Source of the DNA: an uncultured Thermoplasmatales archaeon
GTDB lineage: Archaea; Thermoplasmatota; E2; DHVEG-1
Direction: 5' to 3'
DNA: 64,000 bases
Assembly: GCA_964638175.1 (NCBI GenBank)
Contig: CAZWZY010000007.1
Coordinates: 2,071 to 66,070, forward strand
Shown here piece after piece: positions 10,268 through 18,718 of the stretch (its first letter is position 1; every line of letters starts with the position of its first letter). The position numbers were made by a program, and so were the translations under genes. Under the pieces are notes generated by a model, which saw only the letters and a list, made by a program, of their open reading frames with translations, was not told where the DNA came from and searched no databases.

Positions 10268-10486
10268 TTATTTCTTCCATTTTATTTCTATTTCAATCTC
10301 TTTTTGTCCTTTCTCAATCTTAAAACCGTACTCTAATTCCATGTCGCTTTCAGGAATCTTAACTTGTTCCTCTCCAATTTTTATTTCTCCTGCATCAATT
10401 TCACTCTTGAATTTTTCTAAGAATTCAATAAGTTGTTTTTTGTTGTACGAATATTTTTTTTCAATTTCTTTCTCAGGTTCTGTCAT
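10268..10486 (-). CDS. Amphi-Trp domain protein
   Basis: It ends in EIEIEIKWKK and has the overall amphi-Trp pattern. I trimmed the start to an internal Met to avoid overlap. A paralog lies at 10937..11173. Confidence 0.5.
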   Translation of the reverse strand: MTEPEKEIEKKYSYNKKQLIEFLEKFKSEIDAGEIKIGEEQVKIPESDMELEYGFKIEKGQKEIEIEIKWKK

Positions 10487-10502
10487 AATTTTCACCTCCT
10501 TT

Positions 10503-10949
10503 TTATTTGGTTTTTTCAACTCTTTTTTTAAGTGCATGATTCATCTTGTTAAAACCTGTAAGCATTTGATTATCCAAACGCTTAGACAACAAAGGAACAA
10601 ATAAACCTTTGAAATGCTCCTCTTGAATAAACCATACACCTGCTTCACCGCGATCTTGAATTTTAAAAATATGCTCGCCATCAAAAAGACCAGAAATACC
10701 CCATTTACCAAGCCAGCGTAATTCCTGTTTTGGTTTAACCTTTAAAACAGTTGGTTTAGTAACTATCATATTAGAATCAGGTGGATGCATTATAACCTCT
10801 AATTTTTCTCCCTCTTTTGGATCTCCTTGAATTTTACGAATAAAAGGATTCCATTTAGGATACTTTTCAAAATCAGTAAGAGTGTCCCAAACTTCTGTAG
10901 GCGAAGCATCGATCTTTATTTCAGAAAAAAGTTTCTTCATTCTTTCCAC
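10503..10949 (-). CDS. SRPBCC (Bet v1/START-like) ligand-binding protein
   Basis: The motifs SPTEVWDTLTDFEKYPKWNP..., GEKLEV and RWLGKW are typical of polyketide-cyclase/SRPBCC proteins. Confidence 0.6.
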   Translation of the reverse strand: MERMKKLFSEIKIDASPTEVWDTLTDFEKYPKWNPFIRKIQGDPKEGEKLEVIMHPPDSNMIVTKPTVLKVKPKQELRWLGKWGISGLFDGEHIFKIQDRGEAGVWFIQEEHFKGLFVPLLSKRLDNQMLTGFNKMNHALKKRVEKTK

Positions 10950-11173
10950 TTCATCTCAATTTCAATTTCGTTTTTACCGTCTTCAAGTTTATATTCATAT
11001 TCAACATCTAGACTTTGGGGAATTCTTATCTTTTGACCTTTGATTATTAATTCACCTTTTGCAATTTCAGAAGCAATTCTTGCAAGAAAGTTTGCAAGTT
11101 TTTCCCTATCAAAAGAATAATTTGCTTCTATTTTTCTTTCCTTTTCTATGTTAACAACTCCTTTTTCTTCCAA
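10937..11173 (-). CDS. Amphi-Trp domain protein, paralog
   Basis: It ends in EIEIEMKWKE and is similar to 10268..10486. Confidence 0.5.
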   Translation of the reverse strand: MEEKGVVNIEKERKIEANYSFDREKLANFLARIASEIAKGELIIKGQKIRIPQSLDVEYEYKLEDGKNEIEIEMKWKE

Positions 11174-11388
11174 TCACCTGAGATGGGATCCTTATCATAC
11201 TGTTTTTTAACAGTTGACCAAGCAACCTTATTTGCTACTTCCTCTGTAGAATCAGATCCGCGTCTTTTTTTAGGGTCTTTATACTGCTTCCAAGCAGAAT
11301 TAAAAGCCTCTAGGAATATTTTTTGAGCATCTTTTGGAAGATTATACTTAACTTGATTTGGCAATTCATCAATATCATCATATGGCAT
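11146..11388 (-). CDS. ChaB-family protein, paralog
   Basis: It has MPYDDIDELPNQVKYNLPKDAQKIFLEAFNSAW, the same family as 6870..7094. Confidence 0.7.
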   Translation of the reverse strand: MPYDDIDELPNQVKYNLPKDAQKIFLEAFNSAWKQYKDPKKRRGSDSTEEVANKVAWSTVKKQYDKDPISGDWKKKELLT

Positions 11389-11534
11389 TAAAATGCACCT
11401 TGATTTGTTAAATAAAGTTTTTTCATTTCTTTTTCATGTTTGTCTAACATTTCGACAATCTTTTTGATGTACTTCGAACTGTATTTTCTTTTTTTATCCA
11501 ACTCATCATCTCCAAAAAATTAGAAAAAAAAGAT

Positions 11535-12071
11535 TTATTTGATTTTGACTTTTTTAGATGTATGTTTAGGCTTTGGCTTAACTTTTGGCAGCATTATTGT
11601 TAATATTCCATCTTTGAAGTCCGCATCGACTTTATCTGATTTTATTTGCTCAGGTAGTTCAAAATTTCTATAGTAACTCATACTGCTTCTTTCACGTCTT
11701 AACCAGTTTTTCTTTTCTTCCTCTTCACTTTCTTGATGCTCAGCAGAAATCTCTATACTATTTGGCGTTACCTCGATATTGATATCATCTTTTGGAATAC
11801 CTGGCATTTCTGCACATACTTCATATTTGTCACCATGATCAGCTATGTCTGTTGATGGTGTTCTAAATTCACTCACAGCAACTGGAAATCTTCTTAGGGG
11901 TGACCAGAAAAGACTGCCCATATCTGTTCTGAAATCATCAAACATTCTATCAAAATCTGTCCACAGATCATATGGCCTGCTTTCAGTTATTTCCATTTTT
12001 TCTTTCTTTTTTGGTTTTACATTTAATTTTCCTTTTTTACCTTCTTTTTTAGCCATAGTTTTAGCCTCCAA
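11535..12071 (-). CDS. Small heat-shock protein (Hsp20/alpha-crystallin)
   Basis: The alpha-crystallin domain has the I/V-x-I/V C-terminal pattern. A Lys-rich N-terminus is present. Confidence 0.8.
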   Translation of the reverse strand: MEAKTMAKKEGKKGKLNVKPKKKEKMEITESRPYDLWTDFDRMFDDFRTDMGSLFWSPLRRFPVAVSEFRTPSTDIADHGDKYEVCAEMPGIPKDDINIEVTPNSIEISAEHQESEEEEKKNWLRRERSSMSYYRNFELPEQIKSDKVDADFKDGILTIMLPKVKPKPKHTSKKVKIK

Positions 12072-12147
12072 TAGATTTGATTTATTATATTATTAAAAAA
12101 ATTACTTAAAAACAATTTAAAAATAGTTGAAAAATAGTTGAAAAATT

Positions 12148-12621
12148 TTATTCAACTATATCTTTTATTGGTTCTTTTAGTATACAACTGTCGCCACAGT
12201 TTGCAATATATTCAGATTCAATTACTACATCTTCACCTTTGTAGAGATCTGAAACCATTGTTATTGATAAAAGTTTATTTGTTTTCTTTGATTTTTTAAT
12301 CTTTGTAATTTGACCAACACTTTGTCCGGTTGAATCAAATACTTTTAATCCAACGACATCATCTATTGGATTTACTTTAAGTATTGCACCCTGGTCTGTT
12401 AGTGTTTTAATATAATTTTTTCCAATGTATCTATCAACTTTAAAAATACCAGTATCTACTTCTATTCCTTCAATTGTCAAATCCTTTGGATCAATACGTA
12501 TCGTTCTAATTTTACCTATATTTTTTCCATTATCTGTAAGAACTTTTTTCCCGATAATACTCTTTACATCAGGTGCTTCATCAAGTGGTAAACTTTTATG
12601 TTTAGTTTCTTCCATATTCAT
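12148..12621 (-). CDS. PRC-barrel domain protein (two PRC repeats)
   Basis: It has the repeated GKKV...GK.IG.I....ID motif characteristic of PRC barrels. Confidence 0.5.
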   Translation of the reverse strand: MNMEETKHKSLPLDEAPDVKSIIGKKVLTDNGKNIGKIRTIRIDPKDLTIEGIEVDTGIFKVDRYIGKNYIKTLTDQGAILKVNPIDDVVGLKVFDSTGQSVGQITKIKKSKKTNKLLSITMVSDLYKGEDVVIESEYIANCGDSCILKEPIKDIVE

Positions 12622-12722
12622 ATATTAAAACACACTCCTATAATAGTTTAAAAGCAACCTTAATACTTAACAATGATTTAATAACGATTAGAAAACAGTT
12701 AAAAAACAGTTAAAAATTAAAT

Positions 12723-13334
12723 CTAATTATCAATAATATTTAGCAGCTCTGAAATATTTTTAATTGAAAAATCAGCATTAACATTGATACCAATAACTTT
12801 ACACTCAGCTGCTTTACCAGCTTTTACATCACTTTCTGTATCACCTATCAAAATTACTTCTTCAGGTTTCACATCAAGCCTTCTGCATGCTTCAAAAACA
12901 ATATCTGGAGCTGGTTTACCATTTTGAACATGATCACTGGTTATAATCATTTTAAAATATTTATCTATTTTAAATTTTTTAAGTATTTGAATAGCACAAT
13001 CTTGAGGTGTATTAGTAATAATGGCTTTTGGATATTTATCCAACTTTTTAAGTATTTTATTTGTTCCAGAAAATATCTTTAATTCATCTATATAACTATA
13101 ATAAATATTGTTACAAAAAGCACCAATTTTCCCATCTAATCCCAATTTTTCAAGGTTATCTAAAAGCTCATGCCCCCAAAATTTTTCAATAAATTCTTCT
13201 CTTGAGATTTCTTCATTTTTATAATTCTTTAACACAGCATTAAGACTTTTCCACCAAGAATCCAAACTATCTACAAGTACTCCATCCATGTCAAATAAAA
13301 TAGCAGCAGGTTTTAACTTTGTAGATTTTTTCAT
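12723..13334 (-). CDS. HAD-superfamily hydrolase (subfamily IA-like phosphatase)
   Basis: It has the DxD nucleophile motif FDMDGVLVDS and a C-terminal GDTESD motif. Confidence 0.75.
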   Translation of the reverse strand: MKKSTKLKPAAILFDMDGVLVDSLDSWWKSLNAVLKNYKNEEISREEFIEKFWGHELLDNLEKLGLDGKIGAFCNNIYYSYIDELKIFSGTNKILKKLDKYPKAIITNTPQDCAIQILKKFKIDKYFKMIITSDHVQNGKPAPDIVFEACRRLDVKPEEVILIGDTESDVKAGKAAECKVIGINVNADFSIKNISELLNIIDN

Positions 13335-13346
13335 AAAGCATCATTT

Positions 13347-14591
13347 CTAGTAAATTGTTTTAAAATAATCAAAGTTATGTTCAAAAATCTGTGCTTGTTT
13401 TTGAATTACCTGCTCAGCTTGATTCAAATTCATATCTTTAGTCTCCTTGGCATAACTAGCAAAACGCCCAATCCATAATGTTTTTAAGGCATCGATTAAC
13501 AATTTTTTATCTTTAGAGGTTTTTATATTTTTATAAGACGCTGCAAATTCATAAACAATTTTAGACCATAATTCAGAGTCAATATTACCGTTTTTTATTC
13601 TAGTATTTAGAGAGTTTAAGGTTTTTTTGCTCAAATAATTAAACAGATTATCATGGATTTCTTTAAACTCTTTTATAAAATTTTTATTAAGATCCTTTAC
13701 ATCTATTTTAACAGGTATAGGTTTACGACCAATATGGCCATTAAATCTTAAATTATGAATTGATTTTTCTCTTTTTTTCCAGTTATCCTCATAGTATTTC
13801 GCAAGTTCTAGCATACTGCCTGTAACACTTCTAAACATAGGTATTAAAAATTTTTCAGGTTCAATATATCTTCTGGTCGACCGATGAATTTTAAGGGCAA
13901 ATAAACCTTCCTTAATCTCCATTTTATTTGCAGCTGCAACAGTTACTATAAAAATATCCACACCAAAATTTGGTGGAAACATAGGATGCTTACGTAATTT
14001 TTCGTACAACTCTTTGGATAAACCAAATTCTCCAGCAATAGGTTGTCTTACATTAATACCATATACTGCTCTGGTAAAAGGATAAACTAAATTATTAGTG
14101 ATAACCCCATCATATTTATCACGAATATAGTAAGGGACAGTAAGATCAGCAATACCAAAAACAATAGGAGTTGATATTGCTCTAATCCACTCAGGTTTTA
14201 TACTTAGAAGATCTCCATCAATCAATATTACACATTTTGCCTGAGAAAGATGCGCAATCTCAAGAATAGTTCTAATACCTGCACCCTTGCCATCATCTGT
14301 TATATCCTTGGTAACAATCATTGGAATATCATTGTTAGGTTGAAAAAGATCAATTGCTTCATCGGTATCATCTGTTGATACTCCCTGGCTTACTACAATT
14401 GCTTTTTTTAAATCAGGATAATAACTATAGAGACCATCATTGACTACGTTTAATACATTCAAAACAGTTGTTTCTACGTCTTTACATAAAACACCAACAA
14501 GGATATCAAGTGGTTTTATAGATTTACTTTGTTTAACAATTTCTGGTTTTAGCTTTATATCTTTATTCCATTCTTGATTCATTATATACAT
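13347..14591 (-). CDS. Glycosyltransferase (GT-A fold, DxD), possibly a glycosyl-3-phosphoglycerate-type synthase
   Basis: It has an N-terminal Rossmann-like GT-A region with ILIDGDL (DxD). It sits next to the HAD phosphatase gene. No family assignment was made. Confidence 0.4.
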   Translation of the reverse strand: MYIMNQEWNKDIKLKPEIVKQSKSIKPLDILVGVLCKDVETTVLNVLNVVNDGLYSYYPDLKKAIVVSQGVSTDDTDEAIDLFQPNNDIPMIVTKDITDDGKGAGIRTILEIAHLSQAKCVILIDGDLLSIKPEWIRAISTPIVFGIADLTVPYYIRDKYDGVITNNLVYPFTRAVYGINVRQPIAGEFGLSKELYEKLRKHPMFPPNFGVDIFIVTVAAANKMEIKEGLFALKIHRSTRRYIEPEKFLIPMFRSVTGSMLELAKYYEDNWKKREKSIHNLRFNGHIGRKPIPVKIDVKDLNKNFIKEFKEIHDNLFNYLSKKTLNSLNTRIKNGNIDSELWSKIVYEFAASYKNIKTSKDKKLLIDALKTLWIGRFASYAKETKDMNLNQAEQVIQKQAQIFEHNFDYFKTIY

Positions 14592-14617
14592 CTTCCAAAA
14601 ATATCTGAAAATATTAT

Positions 14618-14803
14618 TCAGCCTGCGCGACCATCATCGCAAGCTTCATCTCGTTCCATTGGTCTAGCATGCTCAGCATGAGCTGGTTGAAGACAAATCT
14701 CGCGAGGGATTTTTTTCATTTTTTTACCACAGCATTCTGGTGCTTCTAATCCTTCATCTAAAGTTTCAGTGCGTTTGCATGTCAAACATTCATATTTATC
14801 CAT
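14618..14803 (-). CDS. Small Cys-rich putative metal-binding protein (61 aa)
   Basis: The Cys pattern is CxxC...CC...C...C. The gene is locally GC-rich against AT-rich flanks. Confidence 0.35.
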   Translation of the reverse strand: MDKYECLTCKRTETLDEGLEAPECCGKKMKKIPREICLQPAHAEHARPMERDEACDDGRAG

Positions 14804-14815
14804 ATACTATCCTCC

Positions 14816-15856
14816 TTATTTTTTTGAAATATATTCAGCAAGTTCCAATAATTTTTTAGCATATCCAGCTTCATTATCATACCAAACAAGAACTTTCACT
14901 AAATTATTATCTATAACTTTTGTTGATTTAGCATCAATAATACCAGAATGAGTATTACCAATAATATCAGAAGAAACTAAATCATCCTCACTATATGCAA
15001 GAATACCTTTTAATTTACCTTCTGCTGCTTCTTTAAAAGCATGATTTATAAGACCAGGGTTAGCCTTCTTTTCAAGTTCTGCAACAATATCAGTTATAGC
15101 TCCATCAGGAACAGGAGCCCGAATTGCAATAGCATCCATTTTACCTTTCATTTCTGGAAGAACCAACTCAGTTGCTTTTGCAGCACCAGTAGTTGTAGGA
15201 ATTAATGACACAGCAGCTGCACGACCGCGACGACGTTTACGAATAGGTTTGTCCACAAGTGCTTGACTTGAAGTATAAGCATGCACAGTAGTTACTAACA
15301 AATGTTTGACACCGAACTCCTCATTTAATACTTTTACAACTGGTGCAAGAGAATTAGTTGTACATGATGCATTAGATATAATATCATGTTTAATTGGATC
15401 ATATTTTTCTTCATTAACACCCAAAACAACTGTTAAATCGGCACTATCAGATGGAGCACTAATAATAACCTTAGAAACATTAGAGCCTAAATGTTTTGCA
15501 GCATCCTGTCTTTTCCTAAACGCACCAGTACATTCTAAAACAATATCCACATCTAATTTATCCCAAGAAATCTTAGATGGATCTTTTTCATGAAACAGTT
15601 TGATATTAAGTCTGTCCATCACAATCCTATCACATTTCATTTTAGTTTTTTGTAATTCTAAAAAATCAGACCCATAGTTTATATCAAAAGGAGCAACACC
15701 ATGAACCGAATCAAATTTGAGAAGATATGCAATATCTTCAGCAGAATTCAAATCATTTGCAGCAACAATTTCAACATCCTCAGATGGATTCTTAATAAAA
15801 TGATGCAAAACAAGTCTACCTATACGTCCAAGACCATTTATACCAATTCGTTTCAT
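14816..15856 (-). CDS. gap: Glyceraldehyde-3-phosphate dehydrogenase, type I
   Basis: It has the INGLGRIGR NAD-binding motif and the catalytic SCTTN motif, at full length. Confidence 0.9.
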   Translation of the reverse strand: MKRIGINGLGRIGRLVLHHFIKNPSEDVEIVAANDLNSAEDIAYLLKFDSVHGVAPFDINYGSDFLELQKTKMKCDRIVMDRLNIKLFHEKDPSKISWDKLDVDIVLECTGAFRKRQDAAKHLGSNVSKVIISAPSDSADLTVVLGVNEEKYDPIKHDIISNASCTTNSLAPVVKVLNEEFGVKHLLVTTVHAYTSSQALVDKPIRKRRRGRAAAVSLIPTTTGAAKATELVLPEMKGKMDAIAIRAPVPDGAITDIVAELEKKANPGLINHAFKEAAEGKLKGILAYSEDDLVSSDIIGNTHSGIIDAKSTKVIDNNLVKVLVWYDNEAGYAKKLLELAEYISKK

Positions 15857-15951
15857 AGATATCTGTTAATTTTATGTAAACGTGTTATTAAATAATAACT
15901 AAAATACAGATGAAAAACGATTAAAAAATAATTGAAAAATAAATTAATACA

Positions 15952-16533
15952 TTACTCTATATTTGCCTTATATCCGCCTTTGTTGTTTAATTTTTTCTTT
16001 TTTTCAATTTCGATGTCAAGAACGCCATTTTTATAGGTGGCTTTAGTTGTTTTTGGTTTAACATTACATGGCAGATCAATAACCTTATGATATTTTTTAT
16101 CAGTGCGATCAACTTTTATCTCTAGTTTTTCATCTTTTACATCAAGATCAATATCTTCTTTTTCTACACCAGGTACCTCAACAGTAATTGCTACATTATT
16201 ATGATTTTCGATAATATCAACAAGAGGCTCTCTTTCCTCCGAAAAACCTTTCCTGCCACTTGAAGTTTTTTTGGGATAATTCCCAAATTCTTGAATTCTG
16301 GGTTTACCATCTGGACCTATATGAACATTATAACCACGTACGAACGAGCTTCCCGGTTTCATACCAGTTGGCGTATCCCTAAATGTTTTTTCCATCATTC
16401 GTTCCATTGCATTAAAAATCCTATTAAACTCATCCTGATTTCTAAACATATCAAAGGGATCTCTATCTCGTCTACGTCGATCTTTTTCATCATCCGAATT
16501 CATTTTAACACAAACAACAAATTTTGATTGCAA
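15952..16533 (-). CDS. Small heat-shock protein (Hsp20), second copy
   Basis: The alpha-crystallin domain reads ITVEVPGVEKEDIDLDV....GVLDIEI. Confidence 0.8.
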   Translation of the reverse strand: MQSKFVVCVKMNSDDEKDRRRRDRDPFDMFRNQDEFNRIFNAMERMMEKTFRDTPTGMKPGSSFVRGYNVHIGPDGKPRIQEFGNYPKKTSSGRKGFSEEREPLVDIIENHNNVAITVEVPGVEKEDIDLDVKDEKLEIKVDRTDKKYHKVIDLPCNVKPKTTKATYKNGVLDIEIEKKKKLNNKGGYKANIE

Positions 16534-16595
16534 TATATAGTCATAACTAAAAATAAACCTAAAAATAAATTAAAAACATGTTAAACAATTATTTG

Positions 16596-17017
16596 CTACA
16601 CAGGATTCTCGTTTAACATTAACCAATAAGAACCAATCTCCTGTGTCACATTATGAAACTTTTTATAATCCACAGGTTTCCGAATATAACTATTAGCGCC
16701 AAGGCTATATGCACGTTTAATGTCTTTTTCCTCAGTAGAAGAAGTTAAAATAATTACTGGAATCAATTTAGTACGATCATTAGAACGGATATATTTCAAT
16801 ACTTCAAAACCGTCTCGTTTTGGAAGTTTTAAATCAAGCAAGATAAATTTAGGCAAAATAGTAGTATTAAGATATTCAACTGCTTCTACACCATCTTTTA
16901 CAACATCTAAACTATAACCGTTTGAACAAAATTCGCATCTATCAAAAGCACGCTGAGTAAGCTTAATGTCATCAGGGTTATCCTCAACTAATAAAATTTT
17001 ATTTGAGCTAATGATTA
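16596..17017 (-). CDS. Single-domain CheY-like response regulator (receiver); start codon unclear
   Basis: The frame is open upstream of the listed Met back to a TAG at about 17030. It encodes a complete receiver (KILLVEDNPDD...LDLKLP...T...K). There is no in-frame ATG, GTG or TTG before the phospho-acceptor Asp. See the corresponding finding. Confidence 0.55.
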
Positions 17018-17137
17018 TTACCTACCTTAATCAAACATTTGTTTTTTCGTAAATATAATGATAAATTGCGTTATTCAAATAAATATATAACTTAAAAATA
17101 ATTCGAAAATATCTAAAGAATGATTAAAATAACAAAA

Positions 17138-18718
17138 TTATGCAATTTCTCTTTTATGCAACAATGTTTTACCCTTTTCAGAAATATAAACAGTTCTAAG
17201 CTTACCTTGTCGCTTAGTAAAAATTAATCCTTTATTTTCAAGTTCCTCAAGTCTTTTAGCTGCAGTAGAATATGCAATTTTGAATTTAGACATAACCTTT
17301 TTATAAGGAACTAAAGCATTATTTTGATTCTGCTCATAAATAAACTTAAGCATATCATAAACAGAATCCTGCAAAGTTATTCCTTCAATTTTTTGACTAG
17401 GCAGTTTGTGTAACTCATTTTCAATAATGGCCATCTGATTATCGTTAACTATAGATGGATCAAAACGAATAAACATTAAAGAATGATTTTTAGCAACTGT
17501 TTCATTAATTTGATATAATGCATCAACAAATTTTTCAAATGAATGCCTAGTAATCAAATAATGAATCCCATCAAGCAACACAACTGATTTTTTATGTTTA
17601 TCAGTAAAATCTTTTATAAATTTAACAAGTGATTCAGTATCTGAAATATTATTATAACCAGCAAGTTTCTCTTGACTAAATAAAGCTACATCTATTTTTG
17701 AACTTGTGGGAATCATACTTTTAAGCATCTCCGGATTTGAACGAGTAATAAACAAGCCATCATAATTTGACTGAGCAATATCTGCAAAAAGATCAGCAGC
17801 TGAATCAACATTTTTATCAGGGAAAAGATAACTATTTCCATCGACCAATTTACCATGAATTTCAACATCTTTAGTTATGTCTTCACCAACAAAAATAGCA
17901 CCAATTTTCTGATTTGATTTCCCCTTCATAACGGATCCTTTAAAACGTATAATTTTTTTAGCATTATTCTTAGTTATTATTACTAAATCTTCAAAACCAG
18001 TTTTTTTCCCTTTTGTAACATTTTTTATTACATCAATAACATTTTGCGAATCCTTAAACAAAGGCAATTTACTGATTGTTCTATTCATAACCTCTTTACT
18101 TTTATAACCCGTTATTTCTTCAGCAGTGTTATTCCAAGTTGAAATCCTATTATTTCCATCAACAGAGATAATAATTTCATATGTACTATCAATTACATTC
18201 TGGAAATGTTCTTTTGCTTCAACTGCTTGTTTTTCAGCATTTTTACGTTCACTAATTTCATTTTGAAGTTGTTTATTTGCCTGTTCAAGTTCTTGTAATG
18301 ACTCTTTAAGTTCTTTTTTTACCTTTTTTCTTTCCTTTCTTATTTTATAATCTTTTAATTCACGTTTAACAGCTGGACCAAGCCTGCTAAGATTACTTTT
18401 CATAATGTAATCAGTAGCTCCAGCTTTCATTGATTCAACAGCTGTATCCTCACCAATTTTCCCAGATACAACAATAAAAGGGAGATCAATATTTTTTTTC
18501 TGGCATAATTTTAATGCATCTATTCCACTAAAACTTGGCATAACATAATCAGAGATTATAATATCCCATTTTTTATCCTTTAAGGCTTTACTCATAGAAT
18601 TAGAAGTCTCAACTCTATCAATCACTGGAATAAAACCATTTTTTTTAAGTTCACGTTTAATTAAAACAGCATCATCTTCAGAATCTTCTGCTAATAATAC
18701 ATGCAATTTATTACTCAT
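17138..18718 (-). CDS. Multidomain response regulator: receiver + coiled coil + PAS + DUF835/KaiC-like (P-loop-less) + C-terminal wHTH
   Basis: It has an N-terminal receiver (LLAEDSEDD, DYVMP), a PAS domain (ISTWNNTAEEITGY), a middle domain resembling the P-loop-less KaiC-like gene at 41338, and a C-terminal winged helix. It overlaps the kinase gene by 8 nt. Confidence 0.75.
   Translation of the reverse strand: MSNKLHVLLAEDSEDDAVLIKRELKKNGFIPVIDRVETSNSMSKALKDKKWDIIISDYVMPSFSGIDALKLCQKKNIDLPFIVVSGKIGEDTAVESMKAGATDYIMKSNLSRLGPAVKRELKDYKIRKERKKVKKELKESLQELEQANKQLQNEISERKNAEKQAVEAKEHFQNVIDSTYEIIISVDGNNRISTWNNTAEEITGYKSKEVMNRTISKLPLFKDSQNVIDVIKNVTKGKKTGFEDLVIITKNNAKKIIRFKGSVMKGKSNQKIGAIFVGEDITKDVEIHGKLVDGNSYLFPDKNVDSAADLFADIAQSNYDGLFITRSNPEMLKSMIPTSSKIDVALFSQEKLAGYNNISDTESLVKFIKDFTDKHKKSVVLLDGIHYLITRHSFEKFVDALYQINETVAKNHSLMFIRFDPSIVNDNQMAIIENELHKLPSQKIEGITLQDSVYDMLKFIYEQNQNNALVPYKKVMSKFKIAYSTAAKRLEELENKGLIFTKRQGKLRTVYISEKGKTLLHKREIA

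Noticed and set aside
10242-10604. 120-aa plus-strand ORF
   Set aside because: It overlaps the minus-strand amphi-Trp and SRPBCC genes, and its low-complexity Phe/Ser-rich translation is typical of antisense AT-rich DNA.
12090-12150. Possible CRISPR-like array (ATAGTTGAAAA tandem)
   Set aside because: There are only two 11-12-nt units, no spacers and no cas genes, so it fits a terminator or operator motif better.
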